A DNA stretch of 64,000 nt from the NCBI RefSeq assembly GCF_006345805.1, contig NC_043005.1, positions 61,070,001 through 61,134,000 of the forward strand, in the 5' to 3' direction. Under the pieces are notes generated by a model that searched no databases, was not told where the DNA came from, and worked only from the letters and a program-made list of their open reading frames with translations. The position numbers and the translations under genes are program-made. This document shows, in pieces, positions 11,629 to 25,220 of the stretch. Each line of letters begins with the position of its first letter. The stretch's first letter is position 1. This stretch comes from Octopus sinensis. Lineage: Eukaryota.

Positions 11629-11762
11629 CCGCCGATGTCGACTTTGCCATTCATCCCTCCGGGGTCGATAAATTAAATACCAGTTGCGTTCTAAGGTCGA
11701 TCTAATCGACTGGTCCCCTCACCAAAAATTTTGGGCCTTTTGCCTAGAATAGAAAAGAATAT
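11629..11762 (+). mobile_element. SINE family A, 3' half
   Basis: ccgccgatgtcgactttgccattcatccctccggggtcgataaattaaataccag...gggccttttgcctagaatagaaaagaat. Confidence 0.85.
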
Positions 11763-12277
11763 TGTGTAGATCTGAAAGTGTATGGTACAGCGTAATTGCG
11801 TATGGATTTTGCTTGTTATCTATTCATGCTTACATTTTTACATGCACAAACATACACACAGTTATCCATTTACCGTTACGTCTGTACGAAAACGAAAACG
11901 TCAGTGTATGTCATAAATCGTTGTCGTCCGATGATTAGTTGTCCGGCTTACTGGAGTAGCTGCACCTGTATAAACGTGTGTGCATTTCGGCATTCCATGA
12001 GCATGTGTGTACGTAACTTAACACTCAGTCATAATCCGCATGGCACTGAGTACGAAGGCTAGAGCTGTAGAGAATAGATTTTAATAAAGAATCCACTAAG
12101 TGTGTACAAACTTAATGGCCGGGAGATTAGCTTTTTAAACCCCTTGCCCTAATATGCTTGCTTGTGTATGCATATAGACTTATACATATATTAGTACACA
12201 CCCAAATGCACGCACGCACGCACACACTTCTGTGCAGTAATGATACATCATATTTATGTTTTTACCGTAAAAAGTGG

Positions 12278-12323
<46 letters not shown>

Positions 12324-12407
12324 ACATACATGTATATAATTTTTTCCGTAATGAGATAAAATATCAAGGCTGTGTAGATTTTAGAACCTGGTACATGTAA
12401 AGTATAA

Positions 12408-12472
<65 letters not shown>

Positions 12473-12769
12473 CATACATACATACATACATACATACATA
12501 CATTACATACATACATACATACATACAGAGGGATAGAGGGTGGGAGAATCAGCGACAGGAACAGAGAAACATATGTTCAATAGATGCACATACATAAAAT
12601 ATAATATATATATAAATATAGATAGATATACACACGTGCACATAGGACGCAAATACGTTTATGAAGAATGAAATAGACGAACACATTTTGCTTGTGTAGT
12701 TAAAGAAATTTGAAGACGGATTTATACACACACAGGCACACACATGCACGTGCAGGCATATATATATAT

Positions 12770-12869
<100 letters not shown>

Positions 12870-12871
12870 AA

Positions 12872-13235
12872 ATGGAACAAGAACGCGCAACAGACGACAA
12901 TTTAACATACGGACGGATAGATGATGCGAAGATGGACAGGAAAAAACAAGGATGTGTTATTTGCAAGTTCCGCTCATCAGTCAAGATACCAAATTATCCT
13001 TTTCAGTTTCGGGCAGTTACACTTGAGACTCTTCAAATCTAGCTGCCCCTAAAAATCTAAGCTAAGAGCATTAAATATTTTGAGAGAAAGCAAGCGAATG
13101 TGTACGATAATAAAGACAAAAGTGAGAAATGGAGAACATTTTACACAATTACAAATACAAACAACAAGAAAATAGCAACAGGTGTCTTTCAACTAATAAA
13201 GACGAATCAAGTTGAGCTAGCGTGTATAGAATAAA
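12872..13235. repeat. About 360-bp dispersed repeat, copy 1
   Basis: Colinear with 13611-13980 (aaatggaacaagaacgcg ... ctgcccctaaaaatctaagctaagagcattaaa ... caacaagaaaatagcaacaggtgtct). Confidence 0.75.
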
Positions 13236-13610
13236 AGCCTTTAACATAAGAGATGAAATACAAGAGACAGGAATATCAGATGCTTCGCGGCTGGCAGTTA
13301 AGCCAACAGAGATCATGCTTGGTCGAACACCGGTTACGTCGAAGGAAAAAATGAGAGATAAGGGGCAAAGGGATTGAAGGATTAGGTGGGGAGAAAAAGA
13401 GGAAATCGAAGTGACATAGAGAAAGGTACAAGGCCGATAAACGAGGAGGGAATATAGGAATTAAAGAAATTAATTAAAGATAGGAATTAAAGAAAGTATG
13501 AGGGGGACTAGAAGAAAGAGTAAAAGATTCGTACAAAATTTAGATACATATTTAGTTTCAAGGTGAGCATAAGTGTACGTACGTCGCTATACGTACATAT
13601 AAATTTAAAA

Positions 13611-13980
13611 AATGGTACAATAACGCGACAGACAATAAAAGATCCAGAGATATAGGCGATACGAAGAGGAACAGGAAAAACAATAAAAAGCCGGACAAGA
13701 TAAACTAGGACGGGTCATTCACAAGTTCTTCTCATCATTTAAGTTACAAAATTATCCATCACAGTTTCGAACAGTTACAATTGAGACTGTTCAAACCTGA
13801 CTGCCCCTAAGAATCTAAGCTAGGAGCATTAAATTTTGGGAGAGAAATCAAGCGAATGTGTACAACAAAGACAGAAAACTGAGAATATATTACACAATTA
13901 CACATACAAACAACAAGAAAATAACAACAGGTGTCTCTTGACAAATAAAGACATATCAAATTGAACTGGTGTGTATAGAG
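13611..13980. repeat. About 360-bp dispersed repeat, copy 2 (diverged)
   Basis: aaatggtacaataacgcg ... ctgcccctaagaatctaagctaggagcattaaa ... caacaagaaaataacaacaggtgtct. Confidence 0.75.
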
Positions 13981-13998
13981 TGGTGTGTATATATACAT

Positions 13999-14946
13999 GT
14001 GGCTGTGTGGTAATGAGTTTACATTCCAGCCACATGGTTCCCGTTCAGTCCCACTGCGTGACACCTTGGGCAAGTGTCTCCTACTATAGCTTCGGTCCGA
14101 CCAAGTCCTTGCGGGTGGATTTGGTAGACGAGAACTTAAAGACCGTCGTATATATATCTATATATATAAAACTGTAGTTGTGTGAGTGTCTGTCCCCTTC
14201 GATTTAGATTCCTAACTACTCCCACATTTTGCGGTGCAGTTTAACCAAATTCGGGTATCTTATAGTCGTGATTCATATCGAGCCCGTCTGAGTATTAGCG
14301 CGCGTCTATGATGAGTCTACGATTTTAAAAATATTTATTCCATTTTAATGCATGATTTTTCGTGTGTCGATGGCGGCGGAGTTGGCGTCCATGGTCACAG
14401 CTGCACCTGTTTGCTTCTCCCCCTTCCCTCCCTCGTGAAGCTGTGCGGAAGGGAGTGTAAGGAAATCAACGTCGTAAAGCGTTGTCAAGGAGACCAGCGT
14501 TCTTTTAGAACAACGACTTCATGGCTTGAAGACACCAAAACAGAAATGGCTAAGAAAGCCCGAATTGGCATCTATAAGGGAAGTAACTCTCTAAAAATGC
14601 TTATATAGTTATTTCCCTTAAAAACCCGAGCAACGCCGGGCGATACTGCTAGTATATGTATATATATATATATATGCATATTTATGTGTGTGCGTGTGTT
14701 TGTGCGTACGTGTGTGTGTGCGTGCTCTCGCCTGTGTGGGTACGTGTGTGCGTATGTCTGCCCACCATCATTTGACAACTGGTGCTGGTGTATGTCCCCC
14801 GTATCCTGCCGGTTCATCAAAAGAGCCCTATAGAATAAGCACGAGGCTTACAAAGTCCGGGGTCGATTTGTTGGACTAAAATCCTTTAAGGTGGGACTCC
14901 AGCATGGCTGCAGGCAAATGCCTGAAACGAGGAAAAGAGTAGAGTA
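13999..14946 (+). mobile_element. SINE family B split by a Helitron (5' module 13999-14156, 3' module about 14653-14946)
   Basis: 5' gtggctgtgtggtaa...gacaccttgggcaagtgtc...ggatttggtagacg and 3' tttgacaactggtgctggtg...ggggtcgatttgttggactaaa...ctccagcatggctgcag...aaaagagta. Confidence 0.85.
14157..14652 (+). mobile_element. Non-autonomous Helitron-like element, 496 bp
   Basis: 5' TC start (a|tctatatatataaaa), subterminal hairpin cccgagcaacgccggg at 14625-14640, 3' CTAG at 14649-14652 followed by T. Inserted at A|T with no target duplication. Confidence 0.8.
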
Positions 14947-15410
14947 ACAGAATATATTTGTTTAAATGTGTGTATTTACGCATGTATACATACTTCTGTA
15001 TTACACGACCGGGTTAAGGCGGAAAGAGACCCCAAGCACTTGAAAGATTTTTGTGCTCCCATGTATATGAAACTTCAAATAGAAAAACAATGAGAAACCG
15101 TAAATTTTTCTTACAGCTTCTTATTTTTTGGTTTTTTAGAATGAAACAATACTAAGAGTTAGATGGAAGCTAATGTTTATATTTAGAAAAGTTTTCTACT
15201 TTTTTTTTTTTATATTTGCAAAATCTTTGATCAGATCGTCGCTATGACATCGTGAACACTTCGAAATTATATTTCCGATCATATAAACCACTTCGAATAT
15301 TATCTTAGCAAGTTTATAGATATTTCTTTTGTGCCATTCCTACGCTTCAAACGTGTGCATTTTTGTATGTGCGCATATATACATATACTTACGTACACAC
15401 ACACACACAC

Positions 15411-15484
<74 letters not shown>

Positions 15485-15533
15485 ATATATATATATATAT
15501 AATATATATATATATGTGTGTGTATATATGTAT

Positions 15534-15578
<45 letters not shown>

Positions 15579-16599
15579 GCGTAAATATAGTGTATATATG
15601 CATAATATATGAACAATAACTATATAGTAGGCTGATGGAAGCTGAATGCCTGAAATGAATCAGAATTAATCCAGTGAAATCACATATCAATATATTGGCA
15701 GATATTTAAATAATGACTGGGTATTTTATATACTTGGCATGAGGATCTGTAAAGAAATGTAAATTTGGTTGGGAAATTATGCATCTCACGTTATTATATT
15801 TACAATTGCTTCACCTCAAAATTATGTTATAACGGCATTATGCGTTAGTAAATATTAGCTGCAAACAACAATAGAGAAGCGTGTGCAGTCGAACACACAT
15901 ACACACATGTGCCCATACCGTTGGAGAGGTCATAGGATGTGTTACGAAAGGTTTCAGACAAAGGACAACAAAAATAAGAACAATGAGAAATCTGAAGTGA
16001 AGAACGAATATATGGTGCATGTGCTTATTTGGCAAAAATATAAAAACAATCACGAAATATAACAATATCTGTTGAAACACACGATTTCATATCAGCACTC
16101 TTGCAAAAGAAACACATAGACCTGTATTCATATATATAGATAAATACATACGTACATACATATATATATATATATATATCGTTTTGTAGAAAAACATAAA
16201 ACCTGAGAAGCACACTCTAAGTAGTACAGCAGTCTGTATTTACTACTGGTGAAGGTTTATAGAAACTCTGGGTTTCTCGCCATAAAAGTACTCTTTATGG
16301 CGTATCTTTGGGCCCTAACACCTGTTGGCCTATAGCCTCTTTAAAATATGGAGAGGGAAATGGTACAGATATAAACGATAGGGGTCTTCTTCTGCTGCTG
16401 GTCAATGGCCTCCGGCTGTGTCGTCGTCCTTCAGCTACACAACCTGTTGACTATGAGTATAAAAGGTAGAGGGTTCTCTCCTACTCTCATAAGCAATCAG
16501 TTTCCAGGTTTTATCGCTATTACACGGTTCCCAAAACGCTAAAAAGAATCTCCTGAAATGCAAGCACGGCCCGAAAATCTCAGTTCTGGAGAACTGAGC

Positions 16600-17422
16600 T
16601 TTGTCACATGAAAATCATCTTACTGATAGCAGACCTAGTTAGGATAAGGAACAACGTGTCCCCACAATGTGAACCCTATGAAACGGAGAAATATGTACAG
16701 AACTTCACGCACCGCATGCAATTCCTTGAATTTGATCAGAAAGATAGAGTTCGGGTATACAGAGGTGCTACAAAGAAGTTAGATAAGATTATAAGTAATG
16801 AAACCAGAGGTACCTGCCCTAGATATAGAAGTAAAGATTGGAATAGGTTACAAAGGGTTTGTGACAAAGCAACTAGAGTGAACACGTGGTACATGACTGA
16901 CAAAGATGAAGCAGTGATGTTTGTAGAGGCCACATCCCATAGAGAACGAGCCAGTAGATTTAGGAAAACTCTTAACGCGGCTAAACTCAACATTAAGATC
17001 GTTGAAAAGCCAGGGAGCTCCTTCAGATCACAACTATGTAGGATGTACCCCTTTGAGAATACTACATGCACCAATGATAGCTGCATGGTATGTAAATTAA
17101 CCCTGGCATTACCTGTAGAATTAGAAATTTAGTCTACAGCATAAGGTGCATAGAAGGTGTTTGTAAAGAGAAGAATATAATATACAAAGGTGAGACATCT
17201 AGACGCATTCCGGAGAGACTAAATGCACATTTGAGATAATATGATGACAATAAACAATTCTCCATACTCTAACAGTATGCCAAAAACCAATCTGGAAGCA
17301 CACTGGGTCAACTTGACATACACATTTTATCCAAGCACCCGAAGCATCCAACGCTCAGACAAGTACAAGATTACGTCCTCATTAATGAAACATCCCCAGT
17401 ACTAAATAGGAAATACACATAA
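16600..17422 (+). mobile_element. Penelope-like element relic: RT C-terminal/linker region plus GIY-YIG endonuclease
   Basis: ORF 16608-17132 (ILLIADLVRIRNNVS...IKIVEKPG...PFENTTCTNDSCMVC) continues after a 1-bp shift near 17100 as TCRIRNLVYSIRC..C...IYKGETSRRIPERLNAH and PTLRQVQDYVLINETSPVLNRK*. In-frame stops are present. Confidence 0.85.
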
Positions 17423-19069
17423 AAAATTACCATAACCAATACCCACAGTTTATATAGACACAGTGTTGTTAGTAGGTCGTTATATAGGCGCGTGTGTGTG
17501 CATGTATGTGTATATGTAGATATATATATGTACGTAAATGGATACGTATATGGACAGATAGATAGCTATATAGGTAATACGGGCAGACGGGCAGACATAT
17601 ACATACAGGCATACATAGAAATGAAGAATGAAACACATGACCATATACACACACGCTCACTACACACAATGACACATCTGGATACACACATCCATACACA
17701 ACAGACGCGCATACATAGTCACACACATCTTTACAAGACACACACAAACATGCACACGCAAGGATACACAGGTACACACACAAATACACACACACATTCA
17801 AACACACACAAGCACACAAACACACAAATATAAATACACAGGCACGTGGAGATGCAGAATACATATATACAAACGTGCACACATGCATACATATATATAT
17901 GCATACACACGCACATACATGCATACACATACATACATATGTGTGTGCGCACACGCACTTACATACACGCATGTGCACAAACAAACAAACATAAAGAGCG
18001 CAGTTTCGATAATGGACCAAGTCAATGACTATTGAAAATTTTCCAACACGCAACGAAAATTTTAGTAAAAAATAAATAAGTAAATGAGTGGAAATCGGAC
18101 CGGTGAGTGTACTAAATTAATAAGGCACTAAAAGAGAATGACTCTGCCCAGACACATTAAAAATCATTGCTTAATCAAAATTGTTGCTATTTATATCAAC
18201 CATTTTTATATCAAAATAATCTATATTTAAAATTCTCTTCTAGATAAATTTATTTATCACTTATTCTCATATTAAAATTACTGTATATATTTTACATCGT
18301 TCCAGTGTTAGAATGATTTTCCACATTAATAGTTTAATAAAATAGTACTATGAAAATTGATTCGATAAGAATTCATTTCGATCAAACGTAGTATGATGAG
18401 AAATCGATTCCATAAATTTATTTTGTTAATAGTCGTTTTACAAAATGCCATTCTGCAAAATGTCGTTTCATAATTGTGGAACCGATATGATCACACATAG
18501 ATTGATATCTTTGTTTTGAAATTGATGAAAAATTGACATCCTTGCACAGTTTATCGAATGATCAAGGAAAGTGTTTGAACGTAAATTGATGTGCATCGAG
18601 ATATCAATAGAGACAGATATTTGCCTATTAGACACAAATATTTGTACACATAAACATTCACAGACATACGGGAATACACACCTATGCACGCATACACATA
18701 CTCAAACACGTAGAAGGGCGCTGTGAAAGTAATAAGAGCGTCGAAGGGAAAAACTTTCAGTATTGGCCCTATCTCACTCTGCGACGATGCCTAAAGCCTG
18801 AAAATGTCAACATTGCATTTCCCTCCCAAAGACTTGTAGTCTGTATTTCCAATATCACCATGGACTAATCAAGGTATAAATTCAATCCGTCGACCGCTCT
18901 AATCCCAAAAGCTAGTTCTTGAGTGACATTACCGAAGATTGCAGGGATTGGCCTACAGCTCTGGTTTGAGGAACTGAGGATACATTGCACCCTTTCTTTT
19001 TACGAGGTCCAAAGGCAATTTTGGTTACAGATAACGAGGTCCAAAGGCAAATAAATGGTTATTTACCCT

Positions 19070-19109
19070 AGATAGATAGGTAGATAGAAAGATAGATAGA
19101 TAGGTAGAT

Positions 19110-19175
<66 letters not shown>

Positions 19176-19192
19176 GTAGATAGATACATACA

Positions 19193-19226
<34 letters not shown>

Positions 19227-19316
19227 CATACATACATACATACATACATACATACATACATACATACATACATACATACATACATACATACATACATACA
19301 TACATACATACATACA

Positions 19317-19348
<32 letters not shown>

Positions 19349-19350
19349 AC
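19070..19350. repeat. (TAGA)n(TACA)n compound tetranucleotide array
   Basis: Read directly from the sequence. Confidence 0.97.
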
Positions 19351-19679
19351 ACACACATAGCAACAACGCATAACTTTCTACTAAATTCCACCGACGTGAC
19401 TATAGACTATATTGTTACCGAATGGATCAGACTAGGTCTTTTGAGGCATGAAGCACTTGTCTGAGACGCAAAGAGTTAACCGAGTAGATTTCTTCTCTCT
19501 CTCCCTCTTCCTCTCTCTTTTTCTCTTTCTTTCTTTCTCTCTTTCTCTGACTCTCTCTGTACAAACACACACATACATACAAACACACACACACAAACAC
19601 ACACACATGGAAACACACACACACATATAAATAAATTCATTTATATATGCATATATTTGTCTACGTACATGAAATATAA

Positions 19680-20092
19680 GGCACAGGAGTGGCTGTGTGG
19701 TGAGAAGCTTGCTACCCAACCATATGGTTCCGAGTTTAATCCCACTGTGGGGCATCCAAAGCATGTGTCTCCCACTATAGCCTCGGGCCGACCAAATCTT
19801 TGAGGGAATTCGGTAGATGGAAACTGAAAGAAACCGGTCGTATATATTTGTTTCTCTCTCTCTCTCTCTTTCTCTCTCACTCTCTCTCTCTGCCATCATT
19901 ACCACCAACATCACCTGACAACGGATGTTGCTGTGTTTCCATCCCCGTTACTTAGCGATTCGTTAAAAGACTTCGATAAAATAAGTACTAGGCTTACAAG
20001 GAATACGTCCTGGTGTCGAAGATACTCGACTAAAACCCCTTAAGGTGGTGCTCCAGCAAGGCCGTAGTCAAATGGCTGAAACAAGTGAAACA
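19680..20092 (+). mobile_element. SINE family B, full length with (CT)n hinge
   Basis: ggcacaggagtggctgtgtggtgagaagc...ggaaactgaaagaaaccggtcgtata, microsatellite, then ccccgttacttagcg...gtactaggcttacaag...ctccagcaaggccgtagtcaaatggctgaaacaag. Confidence 0.88.
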
Positions 20093-20380
20093 ACATATAA
20101 ATATATATTTATTTATATATATATATATATGGATGTCTGTATGTATGTATCAATGTATACGTATGTATTTATGTATGTAAGTATAAATGTGCAATTTTAT
20201 AGCTATAAGTTAGCTTACAACCATGTGTCCTGTTCCTCCTCTCTCTGATCTTAAAATTTCCAAAGGGTCCTTTTCAATTAATTGAATAGCTCCCTTGCAG
20301 TGATTTAATCTAAGCATTTGCCTATTATAGCTATTTTCATATTAAATAATAATGCTAAAGTAAAAAAAGTTATATATATA

Positions 20381-20431
<51 letters not shown>

Positions 20432-20503
20432 GTGTGTCTGTGTGTAAAGTTATAAATATATATAAATTTATATAAAGTTATATATATATATAATATATAT
20501 ATA

Positions 20504-20572
<69 letters not shown>

Positions 20573-20811
20573 GGATTTCAATTGTGTGTGAAAGGAGCGT
20601 TGCCTTAAATAGAAACGTTACTCAACAAATATAGTTTCTATTTATTTCCAGCTTTTGAAATTGAATATTTTTCCAAAAGAACAAAATATGATATAGCCAC
20701 ACTTTTTTTCTGTTATATCAAATATCTATCAAACAAAAGTCTGCTCTCCACAGAACTATTCACATATTTTGTCTTTCATTGCCTCGCCATGTATATATAT
20801 ATATATAATAT

Positions 20812-20875
<64 letters not shown>

Positions 20876-20929
20876 TGTATGTATGTATTATGTATGTATA
20901 AAGATATGGATATAGGAATAGCTATAAGC

Positions 20930-20962
<33 letters not shown>

Positions 20963-23900
20963 CATATGTACCTATATATACGTATATATATACACATATA
21001 AATAAACATACATACATACATACATATATATATATATATATTTCGTATATATATATATGCACACAGATATCTATATGCTTCTGCTTTTATACGTTATTCT
21101 GACAATGAAGAAAATCTAAGTATAGATAGTTGTCAATTGAATTAGCTTGTGTTTTAGCTATGTAATAGATTGTCTATAAATGATCTAAAAATATTGTACA
21201 AGTACAGATTCGCTGAAAAATGTTTGAGAACTAGTTTGCAGATGGCGATAGCAATTTGCAAAATATATGTAACCCAAAGGAGTGAGGGGATGTATTGTAT
21301 AAATATGAATTGAATCAAATGCACGTCTTGTTTTTGTGAATTCTGTCATTAAGTTAAGTAGAAACCTTAATGGACAGGTCATTGTATGTGCCATTGTTTA
21401 CTGAAATATCATGTATTGCTAGGCTGTTATTTCTTTGGAATCCTAATGGCTATGTTGTGTATTGAGACAGGAACACTTGAGAGAATTCTTGTGACTAGAA
21501 GCTGATTGGTTTGTTTTCTTTACGAAAAACGTTGTGCTACTATAATGAAACTAGTAAAGCGAGAGTCTATAAATATTGTTATATCATGGGCCCGATTATA
21601 AGAAAATAGACTGGAAGCACTTATGTTTATTAACTAGCAATTGAAACTACTATATTATATGGAAAGACAAAAACTAAAATATAATGATATTCACAGAGAA
21701 AGAGTATTACTTGATCGATAAAGAAGAGATGTTTATACGAAGGTCATTCTGCAGACGTAGTAGCGATAGTAACAACTGACTATCTTTTAAATGCTAAACA
21801 CTAAATTTTATTTCCTCATTGAAATCACATATAAACATCGCAGTGTATTTGTGTCCATTTAAGCATGGCCCATGCTTTGAATCAGGAGAATATGAAATAT
21901 TTGGTTGGTTTGGTTCGCAGAAATACTATTTAGAATCAAGAACCTGGAGTAATATATGGGAATATAAAATTAGAAACATTCGAAATATGAAAAGTAGAAT
22001 ACCATTGATTTAGAGTGAAGGAAGAAAATGTTGTTTTGTTTTTTTCTTCTAAAAACTGCAGACATAATTGTTCTCAAACTAGTAAACATCAGCTGTGAAT
22101 AATTCGGTTAATTCCGGCGAGATACAATGAACCATTAAACACAGCCGTGACAATATCTTGAAAATATGTTTAAAAAATATTGATTACATCGCTTTAAAAC
22201 TCAATAACGTTGGTATTTGTGTCATGAAATTTGATGAATTACTAATCTTTTAGAGGTATTCGAAAACATATACACGCATAATTTAATCCAGGGTTTTTTT
22301 TAAATTTATTAGCTGGGTGCAGTATATTTATACAAAATGAATGTATTAACAGTTTCAATTAATTGTATTTAACAGAAAGGTTTAATTGACTAGATCTTGG
22401 CTCTATGATGAATGTTTATTGTTTGGACTACCGCAGTAAAAAAAATACCAACTTAACCCAACTACATTTTGAACAATGAAATTGGAGTTGTATAACTATA
22501 TACTGGCAGTAGTTTTGTATTAAGATCATTGATTTCTTTCGAAATGGTTTTATTTAAAAAAAGAAATTATTTAGTTGGAAATGTAGAACACTTCAATATT
22601 TTTGTGCAATCTTATAAGCAGAGTTCTGTAATTATTGCTAAATTCGCCGTGAAATTCGACAGATCAAACCAGTGCTGAAAAGAAACCACTCCGGATATAA
22701 TCATCGAAGACTATCTTGGAATGACTTTTGGAATATTCTGTCCTTGTTTAAGAAAAGTTAGAAATTATTTCAGGGAATTTCGACATATTTTTGAAGATTA
22801 CTCAATTACTTTGATCTCAAGCGTTGCAGTTGCATTCGCCAAGCTATACATCTAGAAAATAAATTTGTCGGATTAATCCTGTTTCTATGACTAATAATAG
22901 TTGAATGAGAAGACATTACAATATGCTTTTAATTTCGAATGTTTCCCAATCGGAAGCTTTCAATGACTGAGAGAAAATTAACGTTCTTCTAAACGATTTC
23001 AAAAGAGGAAGGCAAGAGTACATTCATATAGTAGCTTATTTATATCTACTTTTAACCACGCACTTTGTTAATATCGTTCCCATTGCTAATGTCTCGAATC
23101 ACCCCGTTTGTCCAACCCTATCATCAAAGCTCTTCCAGACGTGGCCATCCCGACAGTCATCATATCTAGACAACAGACTCCAAATCTATCTTTCCTTTGT
23201 ACGCAGTATTTATCTCTAAGTGTTTTCTTTTGCGCGTAATCCATATATTAATTTGATGCTTCATATTAATTTGAAGCATGGACTAGTCCTAATTTATATC
23301 CAAATGATTAAAGACAATTCAACTGTGAACATCCCGTCTCTCAAGTACGCAATACTTGCTTTATTTAGAATATGGCTTCTAGACTTTGAAACTGAAAAGT
23401 TTGATGCAGTACAAGGTCATCACAAATACCAGAAGGACGGATTAAGGAATACAAAATAAAACAGGGTTTTCTAAGTTGATTACAATCCTCACGGTGTTGT
23501 GTTTTAAGTATTGTGTTGTATTCATTTATAGTGTTTTTGCACTGGTCTAAGACTGATCGCTTAACGCGATCAAGTAAATTAATACACAAGCATAATTGTG
23601 TTAAGCTTAGAAACATTGATCACAATTACATTAACCTTGATAGGAAGAAATCATTATTTAGTTTAACCTGGGCAAGAAAGTTAGGAGTCAATCCACTAAA
23701 AATTAATACGAAATTAAGCACTTTAGTTTGGATACATCGCATCGACGAGATACATCTTGCAGTCGAGCATAAAATAAATTTTTAGAACACATATCAAGTT
23801 AATGAAGCGAGATGTAGCAACTCACCAGTTCACATTAACGTCCTGCTGTGCATTGTTGTAAGGTATTTCCGTCCTCGTTCGTGTGTTTAAATAAATTAAT

Positions 23901-24149
23901 ATTAACGCACATATTAAATTCGATTATAGTGGATAAACATTAAAGTTTTGCAAAAGTTTCTCCTCAACGCTGTCGAGAGCAAAGTCAATATTTTCAGTGA
24001 CAAGAATTCAAACCTTCTACGTAAGTTGTTTCGTGTACAGCATTATTATACGCGACATATCTATTAGATTAAACACACAGGTGTAAATTTAAGCGTTGGT
24101 TAAATCTTTCTATTATTACATCTCCAGGCAAATATCTGTCATGAAGCAT

Positions 24150-24364
24150 ATTGGTTCAAACTTTGGCACAAGGGCAGGCATTTTGTGGGAAGAGGAAAAA
24201 CGATTACATCGACCCTAGTGTTCAGAAGGAAGCTATTTTATAGACCCCGAATTAATGAAAGGTAAAATCGTCTCCGGCGGCACTTGAATTCAGAACTTAG
24301 AGCCAGAAGAAATGCCGCTAAGCCTTTCTACCTGTACGGTAAAGATTCTGCCAACTGCCGCCAT
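24150..24364 (-). mobile_element. SINE family A, diverged
   Basis: gattacatcgaccctagtg...aatgaaaggtaaaatcgtctccggcgg..ttgaattcagaac...tgccaactgccgcc. Confidence 0.8.
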
Positions 24365-24539
24365 TAAGAAGAAATATATTAATTGTAAAAATACATGGAT
24401 AATTACTACCTCATTGCAAAATCCCAAAGACTTTTCAGGTGGGATATATCAATTAAGGGATACAAGTTTTCCAAAGCAGATACATACATACATACATACA
24501 TACATACATACATACATACATACAAACATACATACATAT

Positions 24540-24989
24540 GTCCTAGCTAAGACCTCAATAAGATATAAGCACAACAGACCTGATATAAGGATTTGGGATA
24601 GAGAAGAGAAACTGAGTACAGTTGTGGAAATTAGCTACCCTGCGGATGTTAACATAATGCGGAAGATGAATGAAAAAGAGAATACTTAGGCTGAACTATT
24701 GAGAAATCTGCAATTATTGTATCCAGATTACAAGTCCAGATTTATACCTGTAATTATTGGGGACATGGTATATGTAACACACTGCCTAAATACCAATCTT
24801 GAGAAATTAGACTTTTCAAAACTAGAAAAGAGAAAGCTAATTCGAAGACTACAGATCCAATCCATCACTGGAACTCTAAAAATCTGTAAAACTTACCCGC
24901 AGTTAATCATTTAAATATATATGAGCATGTCAAGATATGCAACTATATGCACGAGAATACATACATAAAACATACAAATCTGCACGTGC

Positions 24990-24992
<3 letters not shown>
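24540..24992 (+). mobile_element. 3' end of an R4/Dong-like LINE with restriction-like endonuclease domain
   Basis: KHNRPDIRIWDREEKLSTVVEISYPADVNIMRKMNEKENT*AELLRNLQLLYPDYKSRFIPVIIGDMVYVTHCL...LQIQSITGTLKICK carries the PD..E.S.P.D..K motif. One in-frame stop, short 3' UTR, and (TACA)n on both sides. Confidence 0.88.
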
Positions 24993-25022
<30 letters not shown>

Positions 25023-25043
25023 CATACATACATACATACATAC

Positions 25044-25074
<31 letters not shown>

Positions 25075-25111
25075 CATACATACATACATACATACATACA
25101 TACATACATAC

Positions 25112-25166
<55 letters not shown>

Positions 25167-25188
25167 CATACATACATACATACATACA

Positions 25189-25218
<30 letters not shown>
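24993..25218. repeat. (TACA)n array
   Basis: Read directly from the sequence. Confidence 0.97.

Positions 25219-25220
<2 letters not shown>

Noticed and set aside
18775-18815. Hammerhead-like ctgcgacgatgcctaaagcctgaaaatgtc
   Set aside because: Several core and stem changes would be needed, so it cannot be told from chance.
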